43,797 nt of DNA from Candidatus Bathyarchaeia archaeon (GCA_049512075.1 JBEKXL010000020.1:1-43797), one strand, 5' to 3'; numbered from the stretch's first letter, positions 9,286 to 18,070 are shown. Numbers and translations: made by a program. Notes: a model not told the origin generated them from the sequence alone.

Positions 9286-9482
9286 AGCGGACACTCGAGG
9301 CTTGCCTCAAAGGGCGTCATAGCACACCTTTGGGCAGGCTACAAGTCGCAGACCCAGACACTGTGTGTCCCGAAAAAACCGGTGCAGCGGCACTGGTCAA
9401 CAAGTTTCGTCGATTAGAGAGTCTAAAATCGTTTGAAAATGTTTATATCGATTCAACTTGTATCCACTAAGCCAAGATCACA

Positions 9483-11327
9483 ATGAGCATAGCAAAGCCT
9501 CTCCTGGATTATGCTAAGTCGCTTAAACCGCAAAAGGGTTTCACTCAGTCCTTTTCGGCTTTTAAGAGGTTGATGAAGTATCACAGGGGATATCCTTGGT
9601 ACGTCGCGGCAATAACAATTCTCGCAGTGATAAGATCCATCTTGTTCTCGCTCGAACCATTGTACACCACGTTCATCATAATCAACGTCATCGGACCGCC
9701 GACCAACACCAGTCTATTGCCCGGCTACCTACTCGTCATCATACTGGCCGGGATAGGCTATGCCATTTCAAACTTTGTTCTGACTTTCGTGCACGGAGTG
9801 ATGTCCCAGTACATAGTGCGAGACATAAGAACGGAATATTACCGTTCCCTGCAGGGCAAATCCTTCAGTTTCTACGATTCTGTGGGCGTTGGTGACCTCA
9901 CTTCAAGGGCCACCGTTGATCTTCAATTGGTTGACATGTTCCTGAGAACATGGCTCGGCACTGTTCTGAACGCTGTCTTCACGACAATCATCATCATCGT
10001 GATAATTCTCCCCATAAATCCGATCATGACCCTGATTTCATTGGCCTCAATGCCGTTCATCTTCTATTTCACAACACGCCTTTGGACAGAAACGATGCCC
10101 CTCTTCAGGAACATGCAGCTGATCATAGGAAGATTGAGTTCCTACATACAACAAAACATCATTGGAATGAAAACGATCAGGATATTCCGCAGAGAAAAAG
10201 ACATTGTTGACGGATTCAAAGACGTGGAAGACATATACGTGAACACAGCCATCAGCGCGGGCAAGATACAATCAATCTACATGCCACTCGGTCCAGCGAT
10301 ACTCACGCTTGGAATAACCTTGGTCTACGTGTACGCAGGATTGACGCTAGGCATTCCGGGCTCAGCCTTAGCAGTTGCTCAAGTTGGTGACATCATCCTC
10401 TTTGCCAGATACATGATGAGACTAACCTTCCCCATAAGGGACGCAAGCCAGACATTGGGAACATGGATCGCCGCCTACGCTGGACTCGAAAGAGTCCTAG
10501 AAATGACAGACGCACCGAGAAGCGTTGAAGATCTGCCCGACGCCAGAGACGTAAAGATAGAAAAAGGAAAGCTTGAACTGGAAAAAGTGACGTTCGGGTA
10601 CGTAAAAGACAGACCTGTCCTAACCAACGTCACTTTCACGGTGCAGCCAGGGGAAAAAATAGCGATACTCGGCGCAACAGGATCCGGAAAAAGCTCTCTC
10701 ATCTACCTAATCCCAAGGTTTTATGACATCCAATCAGGCAGCATAAGGATAGATGGCACAGACATCCGCGAATTCAAGCTTGCTTCCCTCAGACGGCAGA
10801 TAGGCGTGGTGTTGCAGGATGTATTCCTGTTTTCCGGAACGATAAGGGAGAACATTGCCTTCGGCAAGCCTGACGCTTCGACGGATGAGATAGTGCAAGC
10901 CGCCAAGTCGGCCAGAATACACGATTTCATCGAATCCCTTCCAAGCGGCTACGACACCCCCGTGGGAGAAAGAGGGGTAACGCTCTCGGGAGGTCAAAAG
11001 CAGAGAATAACCATAGCCAGAGCGCTCGTGGGCAATCCGAAGATACTGATAATGGACGACTCGCTCTCTTTCGTGGACGCGAAGACGGAACAAGAAATTC
11101 AATCCGCAATCGAGGAAGCAACGAAGACAAGAACGACCCTCATAATCGCGCAGAGATTCTCAACAATAAAGACCGCTGAGAAGATACTGGTCCTCGAAAA
11201 CGGTTCAGTAGCTGAATTCGGCACGCATGACGAGCTCATAGCAAAAGACGGCGTCTACAAGAGGGTCTATGAAACACAGTTTGTCCAAAAAGCTTCACCT
11301 ATCTTGGAAGAAACAGGTGGTTCCTAG
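9483..11327 (+). CDS. ABC exporter, fused permease/ATPase (MdlA-like)
   Basis: TM domain, Walker A GATGSGKS, LSGGQKQR. Degenerate Walker B (MDDS) and Q in place of the switch His. Confidence 0.92.
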   Translation: MSIAKPLLDYAKSLKPQKGFTQSFSAFKRLMKYHRGYPWYVAAITILAVIRSILFSLEPLYTTFIIINVIGPPTNTSLLPGYLLVIILAGIGYAISNFVLTFVHGVMSQYIVRDIRTEYYRSLQGKSFSFYDSVGVGDLTSRATVDLQLVDMFLRTWLGTVLNAVFTTIIIIVIILPINPIMTLISLASMPFIFYFTTRLWTETMPLFRNMQLIIGRLSSYIQQNIIGMKTIRIFRREKDIVDGFKDVEDIYVNTAISAGKIQSIYMPLGPAILTLGITLVYVYAGLTLGIPGSALAVAQVGDIILFARYMMRLTFPIRDASQTLGTWIAAYAGLERVLEMTDAPRSVEDLPDARDVKIEKGKLELEKVTFGYVKDRPVLTNVTFTVQPGEKIAILGATGSGKSSLIYLIPRFYDIQSGSIRIDGTDIREFKLASLRRQIGVVLQDVFLFSGTIRENIAFGKPDASTDEIVQAAKSARIHDFIESLPSGYDTPVGERGVTLSGGQKQRITIARALVGNPKILIMDDSLSFVDAKTEQEIQSAIEEATKTRTTLIIAQRFSTIKTAEKILVLENGSVAEFGTHDELIAKDGVYKRVYETQFVQKASPILEETGGS

Positions 11328-12388
11328 TGTCGGGTTCGTACGGAACGTTCTCCACAAAACAAGAAGAAAAAAGAAAAAGAACCATCCCCGACCGGGTACT
11401 GATCAGAAGAATCTACGAATACGCTCAAGCTAACAAACGAAACCTGCAAATTGGCGTCACCGCTACGATAATCGGTGCTTTTACCGGCTTGGCTGCACCC
11501 TACATGCACGCGATAGCCATCGACCAGATAATAACGCCTAAAAACCTTTCAGGTTTCATATGGTGGATCCCCATTTTCGCCGCTATCATCCTAGGCAACT
11601 ACGTGTTTCAGTACATCCAAACCTATCAGATGCGAATAGTCGGAGAAAAAGTGGTTGCAAAAATGAGAGATGACATGATGGAAAAACTGCAGGTCATCTC
11701 CCTCAGATATTTTTCAGAAGGTGAAGCTGGAAGAATTATCTCTCGCCCGACGAACGACGCCAACACCGTCAGAATATTCCTCAGATTGGGACTCACAAGC
11801 ATTCTCGTAGATGTCTCCTCAATACTGGGTGCCTTCGCCATAATGTTCTATCTTGACCTTCGACTGTCACTTCTCGCCATCACAGTTCTACCTGTAGCCA
11901 TAGTGCTGGTCTGGTACCTTGGAAAATACTCAAGAGCCGCATACAGAAGAACTCTAATCACCACTTCAGGATTGACGGCAAGGATGCAAGAAGACCTAGC
12001 AGGCATAAAGGTCACCCAAGCCTACGCGCAGGAGAAAGAAACAGAAAAGAAGTTCCTGAAAAGCCAAGACGAAAACGTCAAGGCAACTATCAGAGCCATC
12101 CTAATAGGCTCCTCATATACGCCGTTCGTAATAGCATTAAGACTGATTGGAACAATGATAATTTTGTTCTACGGGGTCAATGCTTTGTTGGCAGGAACAA
12201 TCTCGTTAGGAATTCTGGTAGCTTTCACAGAGTACCAGTTCTCGTATTTCATGCCACTTGTCGACCTTGTAACCATGTACGACCAGTACCAGTCAGCCAT
12301 GTCTGCAATTGAAAGAATGTTCGACGTGATAGACACAAAAATCGAGGTCGTGGACGCACCGCCTGAAAGGAGCATCACATTACAATGA
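11327..12388 (+). CDS. ABC exporter transmembrane domain (N-terminal part of a split MdlB-like gene)
   Basis: Six-TM ABC membrane domain that stops in the linker before the NBD. Confidence 0.8.
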   Translation: MSGSYGTFSTKQEEKRKRTIPDRVLIRRIYEYAQANKRNLQIGVTATIIGAFTGLAAPYMHAIAIDQIITPKNLSGFIWWIPIFAAIILGNYVFQYIQTYQMRIVGEKVVAKMRDDMMEKLQVISLRYFSEGEAGRIISRPTNDANTVRIFLRLGLTSILVDVSSILGAFAIMFYLDLRLSLLAITVLPVAIVLVWYLGKYSRAAYRRTLITTSGLTARMQEDLAGIKVTQAYAQEKETEKKFLKSQDENVKATIRAILIGSSYTPFVIALRLIGTMIILFYGVNALLAGTISLGILVAFTEYQFSYFMPLVDLVTMYDQYQSAMSAIERMFDVIDTKIEVVDAPPERSITLQ

Positions 12389-13134
12389 TAGATGAAGTTA
12401 AATTTGAAAACGTCAACTTCGGCTACGAACCAGATGTCCCAGTTCTGAAGAACATCAACTTCACCCTGAAACGCAACATGAAACTCGCGATTGTCGGCCA
12501 GACAGGCGCTGGAAAAAGCACGATAATCAACCTTCTCGCCAGATTCTACGATCCAAACGAAGGCAGAATACTCATCAACGGAGACGACATAAGAGACATA
12601 CCGCTTGCCTCCTTGAGAAGCCGCATAAGCATAGTTCTACAGGACTCGTTTCTCTTTTCAGTTTCCATAAAGGAAAACATAAGGTTCGGGAAACTTGAAG
12701 CATCAGACCAAGAAGTCATAGATGCAGCCAAATCTATTGGCGCCCACGACTTCATAATGAAACTCCCCAACGACTACGACTACGCGATACAGGAAGGATC
12801 TTCAAACATATCCATAGGCCAAAGACAGCTCATAAGCTTCGCCAGAACGCTGCTTGCGAACCCCGAAATCCTGGTGCTGGACGAGGCAACATCCTCAGTC
12901 GACGCCTACACCGAACTGGTGATACAGAAAGCTTTGAAGAAACTGATGCACAACAGGATGACGATAATAATCGCCCACAGACTTTCAACCATCAGACTTT
13001 GCGATGAAATCTTAACCATCGACCACGGCGCGATAGTGGAGAGGGGCAGCCACGAACAGCTTATGCACGAGAAAGGACTATACAGCTCATTCTACAGACT
13101 GCAGTTCAGAGAGGAAACGGGAGCCGACGCATAG
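12385..13134 (+). CDS. ABC exporter ATPase domain (C-terminal part of a split MdlB-like gene)
   Basis: GQTGAGKST, ISIGQRQ, LDEATSSVD and IAHRLST motifs. Confidence 0.85.
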   Translation: MIDEVKFENVNFGYEPDVPVLKNINFTLKRNMKLAIVGQTGAGKSTIINLLARFYDPNEGRILINGDDIRDIPLASLRSRISIVLQDSFLFSVSIKENIRFGKLEASDQEVIDAAKSIGAHDFIMKLPNDYDYAIQEGSSNISIGQRQLISFARTLLANPEILVLDEATSSVDAYTELVIQKALKKLMHNRMTIIIAHRLSTIRLCDEILTIDHGAIVERGSHEQLMHEKGLYSSFYRLQFREETGADA

Positions 13135-13172
13135 TAATATTCCAACTCGCCAACGAGGAGATGGCCGCGGAT

Positions 13173-13925
13173 CTAGTGCCCACCGCGTGTCTGGGCGGAA
13201 CTTGCGAGGCAAACTAAGCCGCCCAGTTGCATCAACCGTTTACCCGCTGGAGTATCGGCGTCAACTACTACGGTCTTCACGTTCTTGTTGTTTGAAATCT
13301 GCAGCAGTCGGCTAACCCTGTTTCTTTCTCTGCTATTCTGCAGATACTCATCTGTAAGCATCAAGTATTCAGGCTTGACTTTGCCACTCGTCCATTGACC
13401 GTAGATCAAGTCCTCCACTTCTTCAAGAGAATACGATATCCTTGCACCGTCTTCGTCGTTGAGCCACTTCTCCAGCGTGTCCAAGACGCGATCAGCATCT
13501 GCCGCCGTAGTTTTATTGATTAAGTCACGAAAAGTTTTCGTCTTCACCAGGTCAGCTACTTCGTGAGGTTTGCCCGCAGAGCCGGCAAGCACGCCGAAGG
13601 TTGCCGAGTTCGGTCCCTTCGCTTGAACCAGCCACGCATCATGCTTCCGTACGTGATCAAGAAAAACATGAGCAAAATCGGTCTTTGGCGGAGCTGCAAC
13701 CACGATGCTCTTGACTCCCTCCTTGAGCACAGATCTCAAAGCGTCGACGATTGCTTCATGAAAACTGTACAAGGCCTTCCCATCCGATCTCACTGCGCCA
13801 AGTCTCAGCGTGACGTGGGGCTTGACGACGTTGCTGAAGACCCGCCACAGGACCGCACGATCCTCCTCCAGACCTATCAGAACAGCGACAGGGTATCCTC
13901 GTCTGTAACCACGTTTTCGAGTCAA
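13173..13925 (-). CDS. eRF1/pelota-like protein (domains 2-3-like)
   Basis: VLIGLEEDRAVL, IVVAAP, LMLTDEYL and TPAGKRLMQLGGLVCL resemble the pelota/eRF1 middle and C-terminal domains. Confidence 0.6.
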   Translation of the reverse strand: MTRKRGYRRGYPVAVLIGLEEDRAVLWRVFSNVVKPHVTLRLGAVRSDGKALYSFHEAIVDALRSVLKEGVKSIVVAAPPKTDFAHVFLDHVRKHDAWLVQAKGPNSATFGVLAGSAGKPHEVADLVKTKTFRDLINKTTAADADRVLDTLEKWLNDEDGARISYSLEEVEDLIYGQWTSGKVKPEYLMLTDEYLQNSRERNRVSRLLQISNNKNVKTVVVDADTPAGKRLMQLGGLVCLASSAQTRGGH

Positions 13926-14024
13926 TTATGCGACCTCACACATAGCATTCCTTTCAGAATTCAGACTATGTCCTACAGAGTCAAATGCGCGGATACAGAA
14001 GCCTCTTGAGCAATCGAATAGGGT

Positions 14025-14225
14025 TCAGGGGTTTAAGAGTCGGTACTGATGATTCTCACAGTCAATCATTTGGTTCTCAAACAGTTTCCGCAGAGACTTG
14101 AAAACCTTCTTATCCGTCTCGCCGCAGTTCGCAGCAATTTCCTTGAGTGTCAAACCTTTGCCAGCGGTTTTCAACGTCGAGACCACAGCTTCGTCAACCT
14201 TGTTCAGTTTTGCCACAGCAACCAT
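14025..14225 (-). CDS. Small winged-helix protein
   Basis: GLTLKEIAANCGETDKKVFKSLRKLFE...QYRL. Confidence 0.7.
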   Translation of the reverse strand: MVAVAKLNKVDEAVVSTLKTAGKGLTLKEIAANCGETDKKVFKSLRKLFENQMIDCENHQYRLLNP

Positions 14226-14268
14226 CCCGAAACCGTCTGCCCATTTTCAGACTCTATACCATACCTTT

Positions 14269-14286
14269 TTTCTTATAATACTTTCC
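14269..14286 (+). repeat. attL (core TTTCTTATAA plus arm AATACTTTCC)
   Basis: The core is repeated at 23129-23138. The arm is the reverse complement of 23121-23130. Confidence 0.8.
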
Positions 14287-14337
14287 CGCTGGGACTGAAT
14301 TTCTGCTTCATAAAAACCAAAAAGGAGATGTGAGAAA

Positions 14338-15342
14338 ATGGATAATATGACCATTGAAGCAGAATGGTTATCGCAAATTCTAGGTGAAAACACAAGGAAA
14401 GGCTATGAAAGGTCAATTGCCTATTTCAAGGAATTTATGAAGACGGAATCGCTCGAAGACATCATAAAACTCAGAAAGGAAGAGAGAAACTTTGAGACAC
14501 GGATAATTCAATTCTTCAAGTGGGTGCAGGAGAAGAAAGACGTGACTGAAAACTCGGCGAGAGCATACTGTATAGCAATCCAGAGCCTTTTCACCTATGT
14601 TGGAGCACCGTTGAGATTGAAAAACAAATTGCCAAAGTTGCATATGAAAATTGAAACTTGGAAACCGTCCGTTAAAGAACTACAAAGGCTATACAGCCTA
14701 GGGGACATTTCAATTAAGGCTTGGCTCAGTCTATCACGGGATATTCCAGCACGAATAAGCGATATGTTGCGGATAACACCTGAGCAAATCGAAAGCGGCG
14801 AATTCCTATTGCAAAGCAAGAAAGAGGGAGTAGTCGGCAAGTGCTACATTTCAGAAGAAACGAAGGCATTATTTAGACAATTGCGCACGGCAAAGATTTC
14901 ATTGCCAATCACTCAAGCTGGAATAGATAAAATGATGGCTAGTGCGTGTAAGATTGCTGGGCTAGAGAAACGAATCAACCAGCACCTTTTGAGAAAAATA
15001 TGGATTTCCACGGCAATCAACTTAGGCGTTCCAGAGATAGTCTATAAGATTCTCAGTTTCAAAACCGTGCCTCAAGAATTGCTTACGTATTATCTCGATA
15101 GAAACGAACTGAAAGACTATTGGCAAAAAGTGGTTAGTGCATTACCTCTTGAACACAGCAACGGCAATAACGGAAGAGTCAACAACATTGAAGAAGCTCT
15201 TGACCTTGTGATGTCGGCGTTAAGAAAACTCATCGAAGAGAAAACAATGACAATGAGAATCAACGTGATGACCGACAAACAGATAATAGAGGAATACGTG
15301 AGGGAAAGCAATGATAGACTCAGAATTAAAAAAATTGCTTGA
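14338..15342 (+). CDS. Tyrosine recombinase/integrase
   Basis: SAM-like N-terminus (NTRKGY), PARISD (R), SKK (K), HLLRK (HxxR) and LTYY (Y). Confidence 0.9.
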   Translation: MDNMTIEAEWLSQILGENTRKGYERSIAYFKEFMKTESLEDIIKLRKEERNFETRIIQFFKWVQEKKDVTENSARAYCIAIQSLFTYVGAPLRLKNKLPKLHMKIETWKPSVKELQRLYSLGDISIKAWLSLSRDIPARISDMLRITPEQIESGEFLLQSKKEGVVGKCYISEETKALFRQLRTAKISLPITQAGIDKMMASACKIAGLEKRINQHLLRKIWISTAINLGVPEIVYKILSFKTVPQELLTYYLDRNELKDYWQKVVSALPLEHSNGNNGRVNNIEEALDLVMSALRKLIEEKTMTMRINVMTDKQIIEEYVRESNDRLRIKKIA

Positions 15343-15403
15343 GGACATAAAGAAAGAACTTGAACATATCAGCGCAACCTTAGAAGCCATTATGGTCAAA
15401 TAG
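15311..15403 (+). CDS. 30-aa amphipathic peptide overlapping the integrase 3' end (not in ORF track)
   Basis: MIDSELKKLLEDIKKELEHISATLEAIMVK. GAGGGA RBS, followed by a T-rich terminator. Confidence 0.45.
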   Translation: MIDSELKKLLEDIKKELEHISATLEAIMVK

Positions 15404-15419
15404 CCCATTTTTCCTTTTT

Positions 15420-16112
15420 TTAATCTTCTAATGGTTTTCTGTGCTTTCTAAACTCTTTGTCACAGTCACAACAACGCCAATTCGAGCCATAACTTTTAAT
15501 GTTGTGACCACCGCAATGGGGACAAACTGAACCCGTTATCCGTGCGTCTTCTAGGTCGATTCTGTGCTGTTTGGTTTTGAGATAATCGATAAACCCGTCC
15601 TCTTGTGGGTAGTTGGGTATCTGAGAACTGAGCGGTTCTTTCAGATTTAGATAGATGTTTTTGAGTAAAAGACACTTAGGATTAAGTTCTTCTCCGTTGT
15701 CAACATAGGCTTTTAATGCCTCAATCACAACCAACATTAAAGTTTTATTGCAAAGTTTACTTGTAAAGTTTATATGTAAAGGTTCTTGTAAAGGTTGGCT
15801 CAGTTCTTCATAACTCACATCATTCTCGAAGTAGCTAAACCAATTCGTAGAGGCTATAACATCGTCCTCTATTTTGTTTCTCAGTTCAAAGTACATTCTC
15901 TCGTTGTTGTACCTATCGCGCATTTTAGAAGAGATTCGCGCATTAATGGACTGTGTGAGGAATGCTTTTAACCTGAAAAGCCAATTATCTTCCCCGAATT
16001 GTGCGCTAATACGTTTCTGCATTTCCTCAACTGATAGACCTTGCTTAACCAAGTCTCTAAGGAACTGTTCGTGTTGTTCTACTGTATGGGTTTTCCAATA
16101 TTCATCGCTCAT
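15420..16112 (-). CDS. Hypothetical protein with C-terminal Zn ribbon; candidate replication initiator
   Basis: CPHCGG...WRCCDC, plus internal iteron-like DNA repeats. Confidence 0.7.
   Translation of the reverse strand: MSDEYWKTHTVEQHEQFLRDLVKQGLSVEEMQKRISAQFGEDNWLFRLKAFLTQSINARISSKMRDRYNNERMYFELRNKIEDDVIASTNWFSYFENDVSYEELSQPLQEPLHINFTSKLCNKTLMLVVIEALKAYVDNGEELNPKCLLLKNIYLNLKEPLSSQIPNYPQEDGFIDYLKTKQHRIDLEDARITGSVCPHCGGHNIKSYGSNWRCCDCDKEFRKHRKPLED
15737..15798 (+). repeat. Five imperfect 12-13-bp tandem repeats (TGTAAAG(T/G)TT-like)
   Basis: TTAAAGTTTTAT, TGCAAAGTTTACT, TGTAAAGTTTATA, TGTAAAGGTTCT, TGTAAAGGTTGG. Confidence 0.65.
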
Positions 16113-16553
16113 TTAATCAACCGCTCCTAGTTCTTTCATCGCCCTATCGACACAAGCCTCTAGTTCTTCAAAATACATATCGAAAGCCTCAGTCAAAAAC
16201 GGGATTCCTTCCCAGAAAGTGCCGTCCCTCATTGCGTGACCATCATGAACGAGAGAAGCATATTCGCTTGTTGGCTTTCCCGTCTTAGGATTGATGACAT
16301 CTTCGCTTCCCGCGCTAATACTATTTCCGTAGAAGTCACCCGCGCTTACAATTCCCGAGTTGTCAATTGTAATGCTAGAAGCAAGAGCACCTGTATCTTT
16401 CGGACAAAGTTCAATTGCCGCGTCACGGATTTTTTCCATAACAGCATCAAGTTCACTTGCTAATTGCTCTTCAAAGTCGTCTGAAAAACCCAATATCCAT
16501 TTCAGAAAGTTTTCTTTTTGTTCGCCACCTTCCTCAGTTAAAACAAGTGACAT
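16113..16553 (-). CDS. HK97 gp10-like phage morphogenesis protein
   Basis: CPKDTGALASSI...EYASLVHDGH...PFLTEAF follows the PvDTGxLxxSI/YAxxVexG/PFlxpA pattern. Confidence 0.75.
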   Translation of the reverse strand: MSLVLTEEGGEQKENFLKWILGFSDDFEEQLASELDAVMEKIRDAAIELCPKDTGALASSITIDNSGIVSAGDFYGNSISAGSEDVINPKTGKPTSEYASLVHDGHAMRDGTFWEGIPFLTEAFDMYFEELEACVDRAMKELGAVD

Positions 16554-16726
16554 TTTGATTTCTCCTTTATTTTTTCCTCAGCTTTTTTCTCAAAGAATTC
16601 CCGACACGAAGCACACGTTAAAAGGTGTTCGTTTATCTCTTCTCGGGTTTTGCCAACTTTTTCGGGTGTGAAGTGCTCGAACATTGCCTCAATTTTCCAT
16701 CGGGTTATTTTACATTCGAGATTCAT
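16538..16726 (-). CDS. Small protein with HxxxCxxC (zf-HC2-like) motif
   Basis: INEHLLTCASCREF. ATG at 16726 is coupled to the upstream stop. Confidence 0.6.
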   Translation of the reverse strand: MNLECKITRWKIEAMFEHFTPEKVGKTREEINEHLLTCASCREFFEKKAEEKIKEKSKCHLF

Positions 16727-16818
16727 TTTCTCTTTCCCCTTAGTTTCCAATAAACCTCTAAGATGTCACATCCTAGAGAGAACAGCGTAATAGCCCACAA
16801 AAGAATCATAGCGTCCAT
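16723..16818 (-). CDS. 31-aa single-TM peptide
   Basis: MDAMILLWAITLFSLGCDILEVYWKLRGKRK. TAATG and ATGA overlaps, with an AGGTG RBS. Confidence 0.5.
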   Translation of the reverse strand: MDAMILLWAITLFSLGCDILEVYWKLRGKRK

Positions 16819-16889
16819 TAAGAGCACCTTCGCTTTTCCCAGCGTTTCGGATTAGGAAGCTGAGGGTAACTTGGTTTATATTTAGTCAA
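16818..16889 (-). CDS. 23-aa basic peptide
   Basis: TTG start after AGGTGA, reading MTKYKPSYPQLPNPKRWEKRRCS. Confidence 0.35.
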   Translation of the reverse strand: MTKYKPSYPQLPNPKRWEKRRCS

Positions 16890-17040
16890 AGTTTACTTTC
16901 ACCTTCTCCATTAGCTCGGATTTTAATTTCTTGTAATACTCTCTTTTGACGTGGCGCGCATAAGCACGGTTCTTCGTTCTGAGCCTATCGACATTATACG
17001 CTGAAAGGTCTATCCAAATTGCATTTATTTGCTCTGTCAC
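16882..17040 (-). CDS. 52-aa basic hypothetical protein
   Basis: GTG start after AGGAG, reading MTEQINAIWIDLSAYNVDRLRTKNRAYARHVKREYYKK... Confidence 0.55.
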   Translation of the reverse strand: MTEQINAIWIDLSAYNVDRLRTKNRAYARHVKREYYKKLKSELMEKVKVNFD

Positions 17041-17111
17041 TATGATTCTCTCCTTTTTCGGTTTCTACGGTGAAATTTCCGTTTATGTCTGTTATTCGGT
17101 TCGTAACTCAT
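17040..17111 (-). CDS. 23-aa Arg/Lys-rich peptide
   Basis: MSYEPNNRHKRKFHRRNRKRRES. It exactly fills the gap, with ATGA and TAGTG overlaps. Confidence 0.45.
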   Translation of the reverse strand: MSYEPNNRHKRKFHRRNRKRRES

Positions 17112-17290
17112 TGAAACCACCTGTAGATGGGTTTTTGCTCACGCCGTATTCGTTCACGTTCGACTTGTTTTCGCATAAGCCTAATTGCCGTAGGAACACA
17201 ATCAACGTGTACCTTTTTTTGAGCAATTTCGAACGGTTCTTCCTTCCACGGTTTTATGGTTAAACCGCAAATTGGACATTTATCAGTCAA
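17108..17290 (-). CDS. Small Zn-finger protein (CxxC...HxxC)
   Basis: KCPICG...VHVDC, with a GGTGA RBS. Confidence 0.7.
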   Translation of the reverse strand: MTDKCPICGLTIKPWKEEPFEIAQKKVHVDCVPTAIRLMRKQVERERIRREQKPIYRWFQ

Positions 17291-17873
17291 CTTTCACCAC
17301 ATTTCCTGTTTTCGAGTCAAATGTCACGTCTTTGCCGTTTTTGTCAACCGCTTTAAAACCGAAATTAACGGTTGCGTTTTTTCTCTGAATGGTTATCGTA
17401 ACTCGGTCAACATCTGGAAAACGCGGAAAAGCCAAAAGCAAACCTAGAAAGCCTTTAGTCAATTCTTCAATTGAAGGGTCTGATTTTATAAACCTGATTA
17501 AATCGTCTGTGGTTTTCTCCGTGCTTTCTTCCGCGTCCAATTTAGCCTTAATTTTCTCTACCGCTTCGATTTTAGCGTCCAAAAGTTTTTCTTCTTTCCA
17601 TTCCCGTTGCTGTTCTTCCGTCATGTAAAGCGGTTGTTCTTCCTCTTGAGGCTCAGGTTCTCCTGTGCCTTCTTCCTCAGAATCTTGTTCGCTCTCTTCT
17701 GTCTCTTCCTCTTCTACCTCTTCCTCTTGTGGCTCTGGGTGTCGGGTTTGATTAGCCCAATTTTGAATGTTTTGTTCAATCTGTTTCTTTTTATGATAGG
17801 AATCCCACCCATACTTAGAAACGTAGGCTTGGTCAAGTGCGCTAAGTTGTCGATATTCGTCCGTGTCACTCAT
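17283..17873 (-). CDS. Hypothetical protein with long acidic tract
   Basis: 196 aa with a Glu-rich linker containing EPQEEE twice. Confidence 0.75.
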   Translation of the reverse strand: MSDTDEYRQLSALDQAYVSKYGWDSYHKKKQIEQNIQNWANQTRHPEPQEEEVEEEETEESEQDSEEEGTGEPEPQEEEQPLYMTEEQQREWKEEKLLDAKIEAVEKIKAKLDAEESTEKTTDDLIRFIKSDPSIEELTKGFLGLLLAFPRFPDVDRVTITIQRKNATVNFGFKAVDKNGKDVTFDSKTGNVVKVD

Positions 17874-18070
17874 GGCAATTTCACCTTTGTTTCAATAGGC
17901 ACATTCAACGTTTCAACGGGAATTGAAATTTCGCCCTTCTTTCTTTTGCAACCTTTTCCCGTTCGCTTGTAAACACGTTGATACTCACGATTATATTTTC
18001 GATAAGCCTCTGTCTTTCTATACTCGCGCATTCTCCGTGCGTGTTCTGCTTTATGATGTTCCGATGTCAT
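17870..18070 (-). CDS. Basic phage-like hypothetical protein
   Basis: MTSEHHKAEHARRMREYRKTEAYRKYNREYQR. The start at 18070 is preferred because upstream is a hairpin. Confidence 0.55.
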   Translation of the reverse strand: MTSEHHKAEHARRMREYRKTEAYRKYNREYQRVYKRTGKGCKRKKGEISIPVETLNVPIETKVKLP

